From contig NC_090333.1 in NCBI RefSeq assembly GCF_035084215.1, positions 78,678,001 through 78,742,000 on the forward strand: a DNA stretch of 64,000 nt. Direction: 5' to 3'. This stretch comes from Heptranchias perlo. Taxonomy: Eukaryota. The notes under the pieces are model-generated. The model was not told where the DNA came from and searched no databases. It worked only from the letters and a program-made list of their open reading frames with translations. This document shows positions 12,031 to 23,620 of this stretch, one piece after another; position 1 is the stretch's first letter, and each line of letters starts with the position of its first letter. Position numbers and translations under genes: made by a program.

Positions 12031-12130
12031 ATAGATTTCACATATTTAAAATTGCGGGACGTTTTACTACGTTAAAGGTGCTATATAAATGCAAGTTGTT
12101 GTTATAGATTTCACATATTTAAAATTGCGG
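11983..12130 (+). repeat. Perfect 73-bp tandem duplication
   Basis: gggacgttttactacg...catatttaaaattgc occurs at 11983-12055 and again at 12056-12128, with GG microhomology. Confidence 0.95.
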
Positions 12131-12644
12131 CACAGTGCACCCTAGCTCCAGCAGGCTGTGTTGTATGATGGGGCGGAGGTTTGTAATAATTATTGGCTGT
12201 GCAGAGAACTGCTGACTTTTAAACCATGACGTTGTGGTGAGTGCCCAGTTCTGATGAAGGCTATTCCTCCAAATTTTAAAAACGTTCCCTTTTAGATGCA
12301 TTTTGTTCTGCTGTGCATGTCCAGGGTTTTCTCACTTTTTGAAAAAATCTCCGGTTGCCAGCACCGTCAATTTTCTTCTTCACCTCTGTCTTCTACAGCC
12401 TACTGCTCACAAACCTGTTTGCAATGCTATGTTTTCTCATCTTATCCAGAGAGAGCAGCGCCTGTGCATCGCTCTCCGCCCTTTCATTTTTAAAGCAGAG
12501 TGCTGGTCACAATGGGCTCGCTGTATGATATGGCGATCCACTGTGTGGTGGACAGGGTTCCCATGTTTAGTTCACCAAAACCAGTTCCAGTGACACATTT
12601 GTAGGCCTGTATGTCCAAGTGTTGGATCATTTATAGCATTAAGT

Positions 12645-12692
12645 CAACAGCTAATCGGTACTTGCTGTAACGTGTTAGTTGGGATGCAGCCA
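12645..12692 (+). repeat. Exact 48-bp direct copy of 11008-11055
   Basis: caacagctaatcggtacttgctgtaacgtgttagttgggatgcagcca occurs twice, 1637 bp apart, with unrelated flanks. Confidence 0.95.
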
Positions 12693-12779
12693 GAGCTTGA
12701 TGTCTGCTGTACTTCTGTAATATAAAACATTACCGGATGAAAAGTGTAATTCATTTAAGTTGGTTATCAGTTCTACAAA

Positions 12780-13115
12780 TGATGTTTTCACTTGTGGGGA
12801 AGACCAAAACTCGGGGCCATAAATTCAAGATAATCACCAATAAATCCAATAAGGAATTCAGGAGAAACTTCATTACTCAGAGAGTGGTTAGAATGTGGAA
12901 CTCGCTACCACGTGGTGTGGTTGAGGCAAATAGCATGGATGCATTTAAGGGGAAGCTAGATAACCACATGAGGGAAAAAGGAATCGAAGGATATGTTGAT
13001 TAGGGTGAGATAAAGTAAGGTGGGAGGAGGCTTGTGTGGAGCATAAATGCTGGAATCGACCTGTTGGGCCGAATGGCCTGTTTCTGTGCTGTAAATACAG
13101 TGTAATGTAAAACTA
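12780..13115 (+). mobile_element. CR1 3' fragment
   Basis: Translates to TRGHKFKI..RRNFITQRVVRMWNSLP, followed by the gggccgaatggcct hairpin. Confidence 0.92.
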
Positions 13116-14344
13116 TGTAAATTCAATCCCTGTCCCTAATCATTTTTATGGAATTCTGTATTGTGCATTGTTTTTCAGTTTGTGCCCCATTCCCTCCATT
13201 GTAAATACTAACCAACCTGTTATTCATCAGTTTGTGCCTAGTTCATGCAATATCATTCTCTAGGATCTCTAAGCAGTCTCGACCTGTCATTTCAGTGTGA
13301 CTATGAATGTGCATTTTTCTCTGCAGCGCACTTACAACTGTGTTGTTGTAAGAACTGCTGCTTTCTTTACATAAAACACATTGAAGCATAAAGAAAACAA
13401 GTTCACCATTATTCTTTCTGTTCTTAATTGATCACATTTGTTTGGTGCCTGACCATAATGAAATGCTTTTCAAACGCACTAAAATTGACATTAAGCACAG
13501 TAACTGATACGCTGCAATTTAATACTATTTTTTGTTTGAAGTAGCTTTTATTTGTTGAGGGGATTGCTGTCTTTGTGCTTTGTATAAGTTTGTCAGTAGC
13601 TCTTGAGCACTAGGTTCTAATTTTTGGGGCGATAAGATTTCAAAGTACTTTTTGATACCTATAATCAGGGATTGGTTTGATAAAAATCGGATCTTGGGAG
13701 TTGAGCAGGCGAAAGGTCATGTCTTTTCTCATGGATTTTCATTATTTAAATTTTGCCAGTTTTAATTGCAAGTTAGGTCCTTTGAAAACTGAGCTTGGCA
13801 GTCGAGAGTTATTAATAAATGGACAACGGCTCTGGGCATAATGATGAGTGGAATTCCACTGGCACCTGTTCTGGATGCCCTGCTATTTACACCCTGAACA
13901 ATGAGAGCACAATACTCCCAATAGTCCACTGACAACATCAAGCTATGTGACCAGGTGAGCAGTGTAAGGAGCTTTCCAGTATTCACCAGGAAAGTATTCC
14001 TTAGTCACTCCAGCACCATTGCAGTCTTCAACTTTAAGCTTTTCTAAGTAAACCCTTTGTGATTGTGAGTGCTGGCTTGTCTCCTCTCCGTGTGGGTGAC
14101 CTGTGAGTGATAGACATCTGTGTGCAGACTTCCCACTAATGGCTAGACATGATCTAATGGTGGAGTTGAGGTTGAAGATCCACCATGATCTTAATGAATG
14201 GCGGAGCAGGCTCAAGGGGTAGTATGGCCTACTCCTGCTCCTATTTCTTATGTTCTTATATAGTGGCTTTTTAGGTTTTCAAATTATGTTAATTTGAAGC
14301 TGCTTCTTATGTTAAACCAAGAACTTTGTCATTTGTTACGAGAT

Positions 14345-14424
14345 AGAAAGAAAGGCTTCCATTTATATAGTGCCTTTCATGACCTCAGGACATCCCAAAG
14401 CGCTTTACAGCCAATGAAGTACTT
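14345..14424 (-). mobile_element. Deu-SINE 3' tail, truncated by an inverted local duplication
   Basis: agaaagaaaggcttccatttatatagtgcctttcatgacctcaggacatcccaaagcgctttacagccaatgaagtactt matches the tail of the SINEs at 4701 and 41905. Confidence 0.85.
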
Positions 14425-14663
14425 GGCATTAGAGAGCAGTTGGTAATAAATGGACAAGTGGAATTCCACTCATTATGCCCAGAGCCGTTGTCCATTCATT
14501 ACCAACTCTACTGCTCTCTACTGCCAAGCTCAGCTTTCAAAGGATCGAACTTGCAATTAAAACTGGCAAAATTTGAATAATGAAAATCCATGAAAAAAGA
14601 CATGAACATTTGCCTGCTCGCCTCCTAAGATCCGATTTTTATCAGTCCAATCCCTGATTATAG
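14422..14663 (-). repeat. Inverted ~205-bp copy of 13659-13860 with a fold-back leader
   Basis: 14457-14663 is approximately the reverse complement of 13659-13860. 14422-14457 is a same-strand copy of about 13794-13826 and pairs with 14488-14528. Confidence 0.92.
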
Positions 14664-14864
14664 AACATAAATTCATTCCAACTTTTGTTTTCTTACAAAT
14701 AAAATTTGACTGTGAATCTTTTATTTAAATAAAATGCATTTGTTGGAACCTCGACAGGTAGGTTTTGGTCTCTGGCCCTTCACCTCTGGAAACTAGGTTC
14801 AAATTCAGCCTGGAGATGGGGCTGAAAGTTGTCTTTGTATGCTTGGCTGTAAGTATCCACTTGG

Positions 14865-15268
14865 CTCAGTCGAAGTCTTATCTCAGAGTTTAGAGGATTG
14901 TGGATTCAGCCCCACTTCAATACATGAACATACAATGCAGGCTGACTCTCCAGTGCAGTACTGAGTGACATGTAAAACCGGTGCCTTGTCTGCCTATTCT
15001 AGTAGTTCAGGTGAATATCAAGAACCAAGGCACTCCTCAAAGATAAGCATGACGTTCTCCTGGTTTCCCAGCCAACATTCCTCCCTCAACCACCGCCATC
15101 AAAAACAGATTAACTGGTCATTCATTTCATTAATAGTTGTGGGATCTTGCTGTGTGAAAGATGTTTGCTGCTTTTGCCTGCATTACAACAGTCACTACTT
15201 CAGAGTCATTGTATTCAAGCATTTTGAGATGTGACAAAGGGCTATATAAATGCAAGACTTCTTTCCTT
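14865..15268 (+). mobile_element. Decayed Deu-domain SINE
   Basis: Contains aggctgactctccagtgcagtactgag...aaacagattaactggtcattc...gctatataaatgcaagacttctttc. Confidence 0.8.
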
Positions 15269-15856
15269 TATGTTTTATTTTCTTGCCTCAAAAAATTCTA
15301 AGACTTTTTCCTGATTAAATTCGGTGTGACTGTTACGCACTCCATTTTTGGCCATCACCATTCCCCCGTTACACTTCTAGGTGGCACATTGATAGGACTC
15401 CCAATGTTAAGTGGACAATTAGCTGGCATGGGTCCCAGTTATGCCAGCAGCTATATTGACTGTAAAACGGTGGAGTTGTAGAACTTTGCATGTCGCCCAC
15501 CACAGCTACTTCAGCCTCCTTTCAGGTAAGTTCAGAAAATATATATATTTTTCTAGCTCTTCCCACCCAACTTCAGGTCCTCAGATAAGTTTTAAAAAAA
15601 AGAATTATCTGTCAATTAAATGTATTCTTACCTGCTCACATTTTCCCCTCCGGCCCACCTTTGGCGAATTTCACCTTTGGGCCTCCGGCTCAGTTGCCAC
15701 TCTCCACTGGGCCTCCCATCTCCCAACTGCTGCTATTTTAACCCACTTGCTTCCTTGTTTTCTCCCGCTGCGATTTAGAAAATGGGCCCCAGGTGCTCTT
15801 CCATCTGCCTCTCTCCAACCTGCTCCCTCTTTCCGCTCTGCTCCTTCATATTGGGT

Positions 15857-15968
15857 TCTAATCTGTGCCTCATTTAATGAATGCTACGGAATTCCTTACT
15901 GTTTTCTGTACTGCCCTCTAATCTGTGCCTCATTCAGTGAATGCCACGGAATTCCTTACTGTTTTCTG
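15857..15968 (+). repeat. Two-unit tandem duplication, 60-bp period
   Basis: tctaatctgtgcctcatt(t/c)a(a/g)tgaatgc(t/c)acggaattccttactgttttctg starts at 15857 and at 15917. Confidence 0.9.
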
Positions 15969-16597
15969 GGCCCTTCTGCCAGTTCTCAAGCCCCACTCCT
16001 TCCTCTGCTGCACTCAGCCTTTCAGTCCCACTCGCTTTTCTGTTATGTTCCTGGCCCTTCTGTCCTGCATCCAGCTGCTCCCACTCAAAGCTGTGCTCCC
16101 TCTTCTCTGCTGCCAGCCCTTCTTCACCATTGCCCGCATCTGAAGAATACATTTAAAAAGACCTTTGATGCATTGGACAAGGTTTAGGGAGGATTGGCGA
16201 GCATGACTCTGCGGTTCAAAATATTACTTTCACTTGGAAGATTTTACCTGTGACATTTCTGCTTCGGGAAATAAGAGTTGGTTGTACCAGACTCAATGGG
16301 ATGAATGGCCTTTCCTCCTTCCACACTTTATTGCTAGCAAAACAAAAAAAATAACAAAACTTGCCGAACATTAAATGAAGCATTAAAGGGGATTGAGGGT
16401 GGGTGCGGGGGTGGGAAGAGAATTAAACATTCTGAACACTTTCAAACAGGGATAATGTGATTTCTGTTTGATCTGAGCTGCTGCTCTGTACGTTGCTGCA
16501 CACTAATTGCTGACTCTCCATGTATATTTTTTTCAATAGTTCACATTTGTATTTCTTTTTCTCCTCCAATTTTCTACCCTCCCTTCATATTCCAAAG

Positions 16598-16638
16598 TGG
16601 TCGACGCTCTTAACTGAAGCAAGCTAAGAGGGAGCGTG
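16598..16638 (+). CDS. Candidate 41-nt cassette exon with a stop in all three frames (WSTLLTEAS* / x-VDALN* / x-GRRS*)
   Basis: About 50-nt AG-free pyrimidine tract, CACTAAT at 16501, acceptor AAG at 16595-16597 and donor GTG|gtgaga. It retains CpGs and lies in unique sequence. Confidence 0.5.
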
Positions 16639-17589
16639 GTGAGAAGAGAGGCATTCCCTTTTAAATAAATCTGCACGATCCATTTTAGATCTGAATACTT
16701 AAAATATTTTAAACAACCACAGCCTCTCACTTCCTCTCCTGACCTTCCTGCTCATTTTCTTGCAGTTTATTTTTGCTAGCCTTTGCAGCTCTGAAGCCTG
16801 TGTTACCAAGTAAAATAACGATCCAAAACTATGTACAGATTATTGGGAGACTTTTGAGCGAATCTATATTTAGGCTGGTGCTGGTAAAAGTATTCATTTT
16901 GTTTCAAAAAAATAATTATTTGGCTTTCACTCTTTCACTCGTTGTAATGTGCTGTATGGGGGGAGCAAAGGGAAAGGTCTGCGATAGGGTGGAGGGCAGG
17001 AGTGATTATCAACTCCTTGCAACTTGTAGGCACATCACGAGTGGGAGGGGTCTCAGAGACACGGTGTTCAGAATAGACACATCAGAAAGGGGCATTATTT
17101 TCATGAGGTATATTAAGCAGAATGGGGGTATTCGAGGCATTGGGGAATGTATAAGGATGCATCAAATGAAGTGGGGCTGCCAATCGGAGGTGAGGAGTGG
17201 ATGGGAAAAAATCATCAGTCAATAACGTGGTGTATTAATTGTATTGGTGTATTAGTGAATTAAATCCCTGGGTTCAGTTGTTGGATTCTGTTATTATTCC
17301 TCTTGGGATACATACACGACACCTCTCAGTAGCAGTGCAAGTAAAGGCAGGATTGCCTCCCTGAGCTTCATCTGTCAAGATGGGAAGAATAGGTAATTGC
17401 TTCCATTTTAAAAAATTATTTGTCAGTTAAGAAACAATTGATCATGTTGTGTTTTTGCTGCACTTTTTATGTTTGTTTCAGGTTTTTAATATTTTGTATG
17501 GCTTTGCTGTTTACTAGTATCCAGTGTCTTAAATATCATCTGAGTCCATTCATTTAGTGTTGTAGTTTTGTGTCTGATCTATGTTTCAG

Positions 17590-17610
17590 ATGAAGATATT
17601 GTTGATGACG
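17590..17610 (+). CDS. Candidate 21-nt microexon (phase 0 MKILLMT; phase 1 DEDIVDD; phase 2 immediate stop)
   Basis: tgtttcAG|ATGAAGATATTGTTGATGACG|gtaacg in repeat-free, T-rich sequence. Confidence 0.4.
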
Positions 17611-18209
17611 GTAACGTTCCCTCAACTTCCTCAGATTATAACTGCACCCGTGTAATATGTTTATTGAGTATAAGCTTTGTGAATGTTACTGCTTGGCCAC
17701 TGCAATGGTTTCTTCCATTCCTGTGCCATCACCTCGAGCGTGATCCAAGGTGCTCTCCTTGTCATCCTCCCGTTCCTCATCTATGTACTACCTCTTGGCA
17801 ACATTATCTGTAGCAAGAGGTCACCTTCCATATTGATGTCAAGACACCCAACTTTACCAGCACAACTGTTGTCATTCTGTCTGTCTGACATCAAGCCATG
17901 GACAAGCTCAACATTGGCAGGTGTGAAGCACCCACGGCCAGAAACTTTACATCTTACCCCATCAGTTCCTTATGAATTGAAGAAACTATATTGGAATTTG
18001 CTGATGACAGAGTGGCTGGGGAAGGGATATGGCCAATTGTGACAAGGTCTGTGAAGGACTGCAGGAGGACATAAATAGACCAGAAGGGTGGGAAATAGGT
18101 GGCAGATACAGTTCTTTGTAGAAAAATGTGAACCGATGCACTGTAGAAGCAAGAATAGGGAAAGAAAATAAATCTTGTTTGGTAAGATTTTAAGTGAAGT
18201 AAGATTTTA

Positions 18210-18450
18210 AATGGAGCCAAGGGACATTGGTGAGTAGCTACACAGGTCATTAAAAGTAGCAGCTCTAGTGAATGAGGCCATAAAAAATAATCGAATCCAT
18301 AGTTTGTTGTTTAGAAGTGTAAAATACAAAAGGAGGTGATGTTGAACTTGTACAAGTCCTTGGTTAGGCTGCAGTTGGAGTATTGTGTATAATTTTGGAC
18401 TCTTCTCCTCATCACCATTATATGGATGATATAAATGTAATAGAAAAAGT
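18210..18450 (+). mobile_element. Decayed CR1 ORF2 fragment
   Basis: aggaggtgatgttgaacttgtacaagtccttggttaggctgcagttggagtattgtgta encodes EVMLNLYKSLVRLQLEYCV. Confidence 0.75.
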
Positions 18451-19106
18451 GTAGTGTGGAAACGTACAGCCTGTGGGCCAAGTTGGGTCCGTGGAACCAT
18501 TTTATCGAGCCTGTGGTCAGGGGACCCCCGTGCAAGGCTGCAAGACTTCATTCTGACTGAGGCCGAAACACTGAGGACCAAGCTAACCTGGTGAGCGGAT
18601 CTTTGTGATTGACAATCAAATCAACCAATCGTAAAGCGGCGGAGCTGACGTTGCTTGACTAGGCGCCAATCAGCGATGCGGGGAGAAACGCGCAATGCGC
18701 TAGGTTGAAATAAAGCTGTTCACTCTGGCCCCAGGGCCGTGCCTGGAGCTCAAATGCAGGCGGTCAGTAAGGCCAGCGCTTTAGAAAGAGCCAGAGATTT
18801 CCTCGGCTCACTGGGTGCACAGAGAACAGCAGCAGCTGGGCCCAAGGCTCCCGCATTGTGGGAGTCAGAGATGCAGCAACACCCTGAGCATCAGTCCCTT
18901 CAGACCGACCACAGAGTCCGACTTCAACAATTGTGACCCGGCTTCTTAAACACAAACGATTGCATGAGTCAGGAGTTCGGGCTACTCATCATTGCCCCAT
19001 GGAGATTTCAGTAACCGGCCAAAGATTTGTTGCAACTGATCTTTCCATTCTGGTCCAGAAAAATGTAGGGGCCCCCAAACCAAACCTTTGCAGGGGACCC
19101 CTGCAA
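18450..19106. mobile_element. Probable decayed non-autonomous hAT-like DNA transposon with CpG-rich core
   Basis: hAT-like subterminal text (acagcctgtgggccaagttgggtccgtgg..ttttatcgagcctgtgg). CAGGGGACCCCC at 18518 and ...GGGGACCCCTG ending at 19103 resemble Charlie-type termini. No 8-bp TSD was found. Confidence 0.45.
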
Positions 19107-19579
19107 GACACTGAAACTCATGTCATTAAAGTTTAATTCCACCTTGTATAAACATTCATGTATTTACTCAAGTATTCAATAGGCAAAACTTGTTTTTCAA
19201 CATAAGCATAATACTTGATGGATTTGCTTGCAGCAGAGCAACCACACAATTGCTTTCCAAAACCTGTGTGTGTGGTGTGTGTGTGTGTGTGTGTGTGAAT
19301 AAAGCAAAGCAGCTAATTGTCTACCAAAGAAATACCATAGCAGTAAGTATATTTACACTATCCATGATTCAGTAATTTAAGCTGTGTTTACCCGCCATAG
19401 GCATGAATTGAATGTATTCATTAGAATAATCATCAGAGAAAGAAAATTAAGTTGCAGAAAGCCATTTAAAAACCTGGTATTATGGAAATTATTCTAAAAG
19501 TAAAATCTAAGCATAAGTAACAATATGATTTACCTTGATTTCTGTTTTTAATAACCTTGGCTCAATGTGGCCTGTGCCA

Positions 19580-19762
19580 AGTCATTGTCGCTGGGCCAAA
19601 ATCCTGGAACTCCCTACTTAACTGCATTTTGGGAGCACCTTCACCATATGGGCTGCAATAATTCAAGAAAGCTCACCATTACCGTCTCAAGGGCAACTAG
19701 GGATGGGCAATAAATGCAGGCCTTGTCAGAGACGCCCACATCCTGAGAAATAATAAAATAAA
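19580..19762 (+). mobile_element. Family-B LINE 3' tail
   Basis: caaaatcctggaactcccta...caagggcaactagggatgggcaataaatgc...gcccacatcctgagaaataataaaataaaa is the reverse complement of the family tail. Confidence 0.85.
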
Positions 19763-19819
19763 AGTGCGACACAATCGGATCAGGCCCACCATATAAAATG
19801 AACTTGACACCTCTGCTCG

Positions 19820-20258
19820 AGGATGGTAGCAGGGATGAGGGGTCACAGTTATGAAGAGACTTGAAAAGGTGGGGCTTTTCTCACCAGAGCCGAGAAGGTT
19901 AAGGGGTGACCTGATGGAGGTGTTCAAACTGGTAAAGGGTTATTGAGAGATAAATAGTAATGGCTTGTCACTGGTTGGTGTCACAATAACAAGGCAGCAC
20001 AAATGCAAGATCATCACAAAACAAATTTAAAAAGATTTTGGAAAAAATCTCTTGACACAGAGAGTGGTTTAAATCTGCAATTCCCTGTTGTAAACTGTTG
20101 TTGAAGCAGAGTCCATAAATTCTTCTAGAAGAGAATTAGACAGTTGCTTGGGTGCCGGGAAGCAAGTAGGGAAGTGGGATTGGACTCGGTGGTTGGTGGA
20201 GAAAAACCTGCAGGGCCAAATGGTCCGATTCTGTGCTGTCACTTTCTATGATTGTATG
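19820..20258 (+). mobile_element. Decayed CR1 3' fragment
   Basis: Contains aggttaaggggtgacctgatggaggtgttcaaa...cacagagagtggtt...gggccaaatggtc...tttctatgattgtatg. Confidence 0.8.
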
Positions 20259-20819
20259 CAAAACAACCTGAGCATGTGCCTAGAGATGGTGCTGAGCTCG
20301 TGTAAATCTGTTTCACATTATCAATTGTTTGAGCTGATGGCAGCAAGAGAATTACATGTGAATGATTGCAAAATTAGTCAGATAATTAAAAAAAAAACTT
20401 CTGCCGTTGCAAGTCAAATATTTAAGAAATGATACTATCTCCAAGTTTCCACTGTGACCTGAATTTAAGGGTCGTATGGTATTACTCACGTGAGATTGTG
20501 CAAGATATATTGAAGATATGAAACTGGGTAGAGATAGAACTTCTGAAATTAATCCACATCTAACTCGTGTTTGAGACTGGTGCGTTGTAAAATTTTCTTC
20601 TTAATAGGACTAATTGAATGGGACCAGAAACCTATTGATTAAATTTATTTGTTTTACCTCCCAAAAGAAAAGCTTGTCCTCTGTGACCTATAGCCTTTCC
20701 TGAATGACCTTTCCCTTCTAAGGTGATTTTGCATTTGCTTTTATTTCTTTTTTTCTTTTTTCCCTCCCCCTCCCCCGCCCCCGCCCCCGCCACCCTTCTG
20801 GTTGAGCAAGCAAGTTGGT

Positions 20820-22290
20820 TTTTTTTCATTTGTTCATGGGATGTTGGCGTCGCTGGCAAGGCCAGCATTTATTGCCCATCCCTAATTGCCCTTGAGAAGG
20901 TGGTGGTGAGCCGCTGCAGTCCGTGTGGTGAAGGTTCTCCCACAGTGCTGTTAGGAAGGGAGTTCCAGGATTTTGATCCAGCAAGGATGAAGGAACGGCG
21001 ATATATTTCCAAGTCGGGATGGTGTGTGACTTGGAGGGGAACGTGTAGGTGGTGTTATTCCCATGTGCTTGCCGCCCTTGTCCTTCTAGGTGGTAGAGGT
21101 CGCGGGTTTGGGAGGTGCTGTCGAAGAAGCCTTGGCGAGTTGCTGCAGTGCATCCTGTGGATGGTACACACTGCAGCCACTGTGCGCCGGTGGTGGAGGG
21201 AGTGAATGTTTCGGGTGGTGGATTGGGTGCCAATCAAGTGGGCTGCTTTGTCCTGGATGGTGTCAAGCTTCTTGAGTGTTGTTGGAGCTGCACTCATCCA
21301 GGCAAGTGGAGAGTATTCCATCACACTCCTGACTTGTGCCTTGTAGATGATGGAAAGGCTTTGGCGAGTCAGGAGGTGAGTCACTTGCCACAGAATACCC
21401 AACCTCTGATCTGCTCTTGTAGCCACAGTATTTATGTGGCTGGTCCAGTTAAGTTTCTGGTCAATGGTGACCCCCAGGATGTTGATGGTGGGGGATTCGG
21501 CGATGGTAATGCCGTTGAATGTCATGGGGAGGTGGTTAGACTCTCTCTTGTTGGAGATGGTCGTTGCCTGGCGCTTGTCTGGCGTGAATGTTACTTGCCA
21601 CTTATCAGCCCAAGTCTGGATGTTGTCCAGGTCTTGCTACATGCGGGCACGGACTGCTTCATTATCTGAGGGATTGCAAATGGAACTGAACACTGTGCAA
21701 TCATCAGCGAACATCCCCATTTCTGACCTTATGATGGAGAGAAGGTCATTGATGAAGCAGCTGAAGATGGTTGGGCCTAGCACACTGCCCTGAGGAACTT
21801 CTGCAGCAATGATCTGGGGCTGAGATGATTGGCCTCCAATTTTCCTTTGTGCTAGGTATGACTCCAGCCACTGGAGAGTTTTCCCCTTGTTTCCCATTGA
21901 CTTCAATTTTACTAGGGCTCCTTGGTGCCACACTCGGTCAAATGCTGCCTTGATGTCAAGGGCAGTCACTCTCGCCTCACCTCTGGAATTGAGCTCTTTT
22001 GTCGATGATTGGACCAAGGCTGTAACGAGGTCTGGAGCAGAGTGGTCCTGGCAGAACCCAAACTGAGCATCGGTGAGCAGGTTATTGGTGAGTAAGTGCC
22101 ACTTGATAGCACTGGCGACGACACCTTCCATCACCTTGCTGATGATTGAGAGCAGACTGATGGGGCGGTAATTGGCCGGATTGGATTTGTTCTGCTTTTT
22201 GTGGACAGGACATACTTGGGTAATTTTCCACATTGTTGGGTAGATGCCAGTGTTGTCGCTGTACTGGAACAGTTTGGCTCTAGGTGCACA
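20820..22290 (-). mobile_element. 5'-truncated family-B LINE (RT domain plus 3' end)
   Basis: ORF 21637-22305 has [31 protein letters not shown] and MFADD. ORF 21055-21525 encodes the C-terminal domain. Confidence 0.97.
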
Positions 22291-23289
22291 AGCACAAGGT
22301 TGCACTTTGCACCACTCCCAATGGCAGGGCCGAGACTAGGGATTCTCCCGTGGAAGTTACAAACGTGAGTCTGCGTCCTGCGGGTCTGTGGAGACAAGAT
22401 GGCAAACCAGCACAGCCTCCTACTTCTAGTCAAATACCTAATTTATTGTCTGCTCTTTGTAATGCTCTACAACTCTGGCCACAATTGCTTGGGGTTATTC
22501 AGCGATCGTCCTCTTGGCCACTATTCAGGAAAGACACCAGGAGTTTTGCTGCCAGTTCTGAGGTGGGAGGGGCATTATCCCTAGACAGTCTGTAAACCTC
22601 GTGTCGGGAAGTTTCCTCCATTTCCACCCCCCACCCCCCCGAACATTTTCTCTTGTGATAGACTGGGCTTTTCAAACATGATTTTCTCATTTAAACTGCC
22701 TGGCAACAATTTTTGTAAGCTGTCCAAAATCTGCATCTTTCACGTTCTACCTTGATTTGACGATTAACCCAGTTTGTTGTGAGTTGCATCTTGGAATTTG
22801 CTTGGAAGTCCCACTACATATTCAGTTTGTCGGAAGATGGGAAATATCATGTGCTCAACCAGATTCATTTATACTTGAATAAAGTCCAGGTTATAGCATA
22901 GCACTTGAGGCAGCCAGCTCAGAAGAACAGGGGTTAAAGCAACTGGTGGATCTCCATTGCTGGACACTCCAGAAAGCCATTCACTTTAAAGATGTGTATG
23001 AATTTGTTTTGTCCACTGGCAGCAGAACCACAGCTTCAACCTTCTTGGGTGTGATGTACCAGCAATTTTATCATACCTAAGCTGCTAGACCAGGAAACCT
23101 TTGTGATTTTGCTAACAGTCCATGTTGCTCCTCCTCTGTCAATGACGTGACTCTGTCCTGGACAGCATATTACCCTGAATAATGAAAGGTGTCTGGAAAG
23201 TGCAATCTTTTGTTTCTTAGATTATTTCTACTTGAAATTTTGAGGCTATGGGTTTAAGGTCAAGAGTTAATTTGTTAGCCTTATCTAAG

Positions 23290-23620
23290 TTATGAAGAAT
23301 GGCTCAAGCGATTAACTTTATTTTTTACTTTAGAAAGGAATAGTGAGAGGAGACATGATGCAGGTTTTTAAACTAGTGAAAGATACAGATATGATTGAAG
23401 GAGGCCAGTTATTTAAGTCAGGCAATGTGCATGGGACTGAAGGACACAAGTATAAAATTCATAAACCTCAAGGTAAGGCTGGAGATTAGAAACAAAAAAA
23501 GTTGTTGGGGATATGGAGATTACCAAAAAAGGCATGTGTGACCTCTGAAAAGGAGCTGGATCGATATTTGTTACGAGGGATTGAGGATTATGAAGGTAAT
23601 AGGACAGCTTCCAGAGGAGA
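23290..23620 (+). mobile_element. Very decayed CR1 3' fragment
   Basis: Contains agttatgaagaatggct...agtgagaggagacatgatgcaggtttttaaa...ggactgaaggacacaagtataaa...aaggagctggatcgatatttg. Confidence 0.6.

Noticed and set aside
15441-16187. 248-aa ORF and perfect donor CAG|gtaagt at about 15525
   Set aside because: Low-complexity pyrimidine-rich translation that includes a tandem duplication. No recognisable domain and no good upstream acceptor.
16766-16815. Acceptor cluster (ttgcAG, gctAG, ttgcAG) with a possible 21-nt exon
   Set aside because: The only donor (CAA|gtaaaa) is weak and the competing AGs make boundaries unsupportable.
20723-21793. Plus-strand ORFs of 120-180 aa (also at 36241-36720 and 57224-57559)
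   Set aside because: They are antisense shadows of the family-B LINE ORF2, recurring in each copy.
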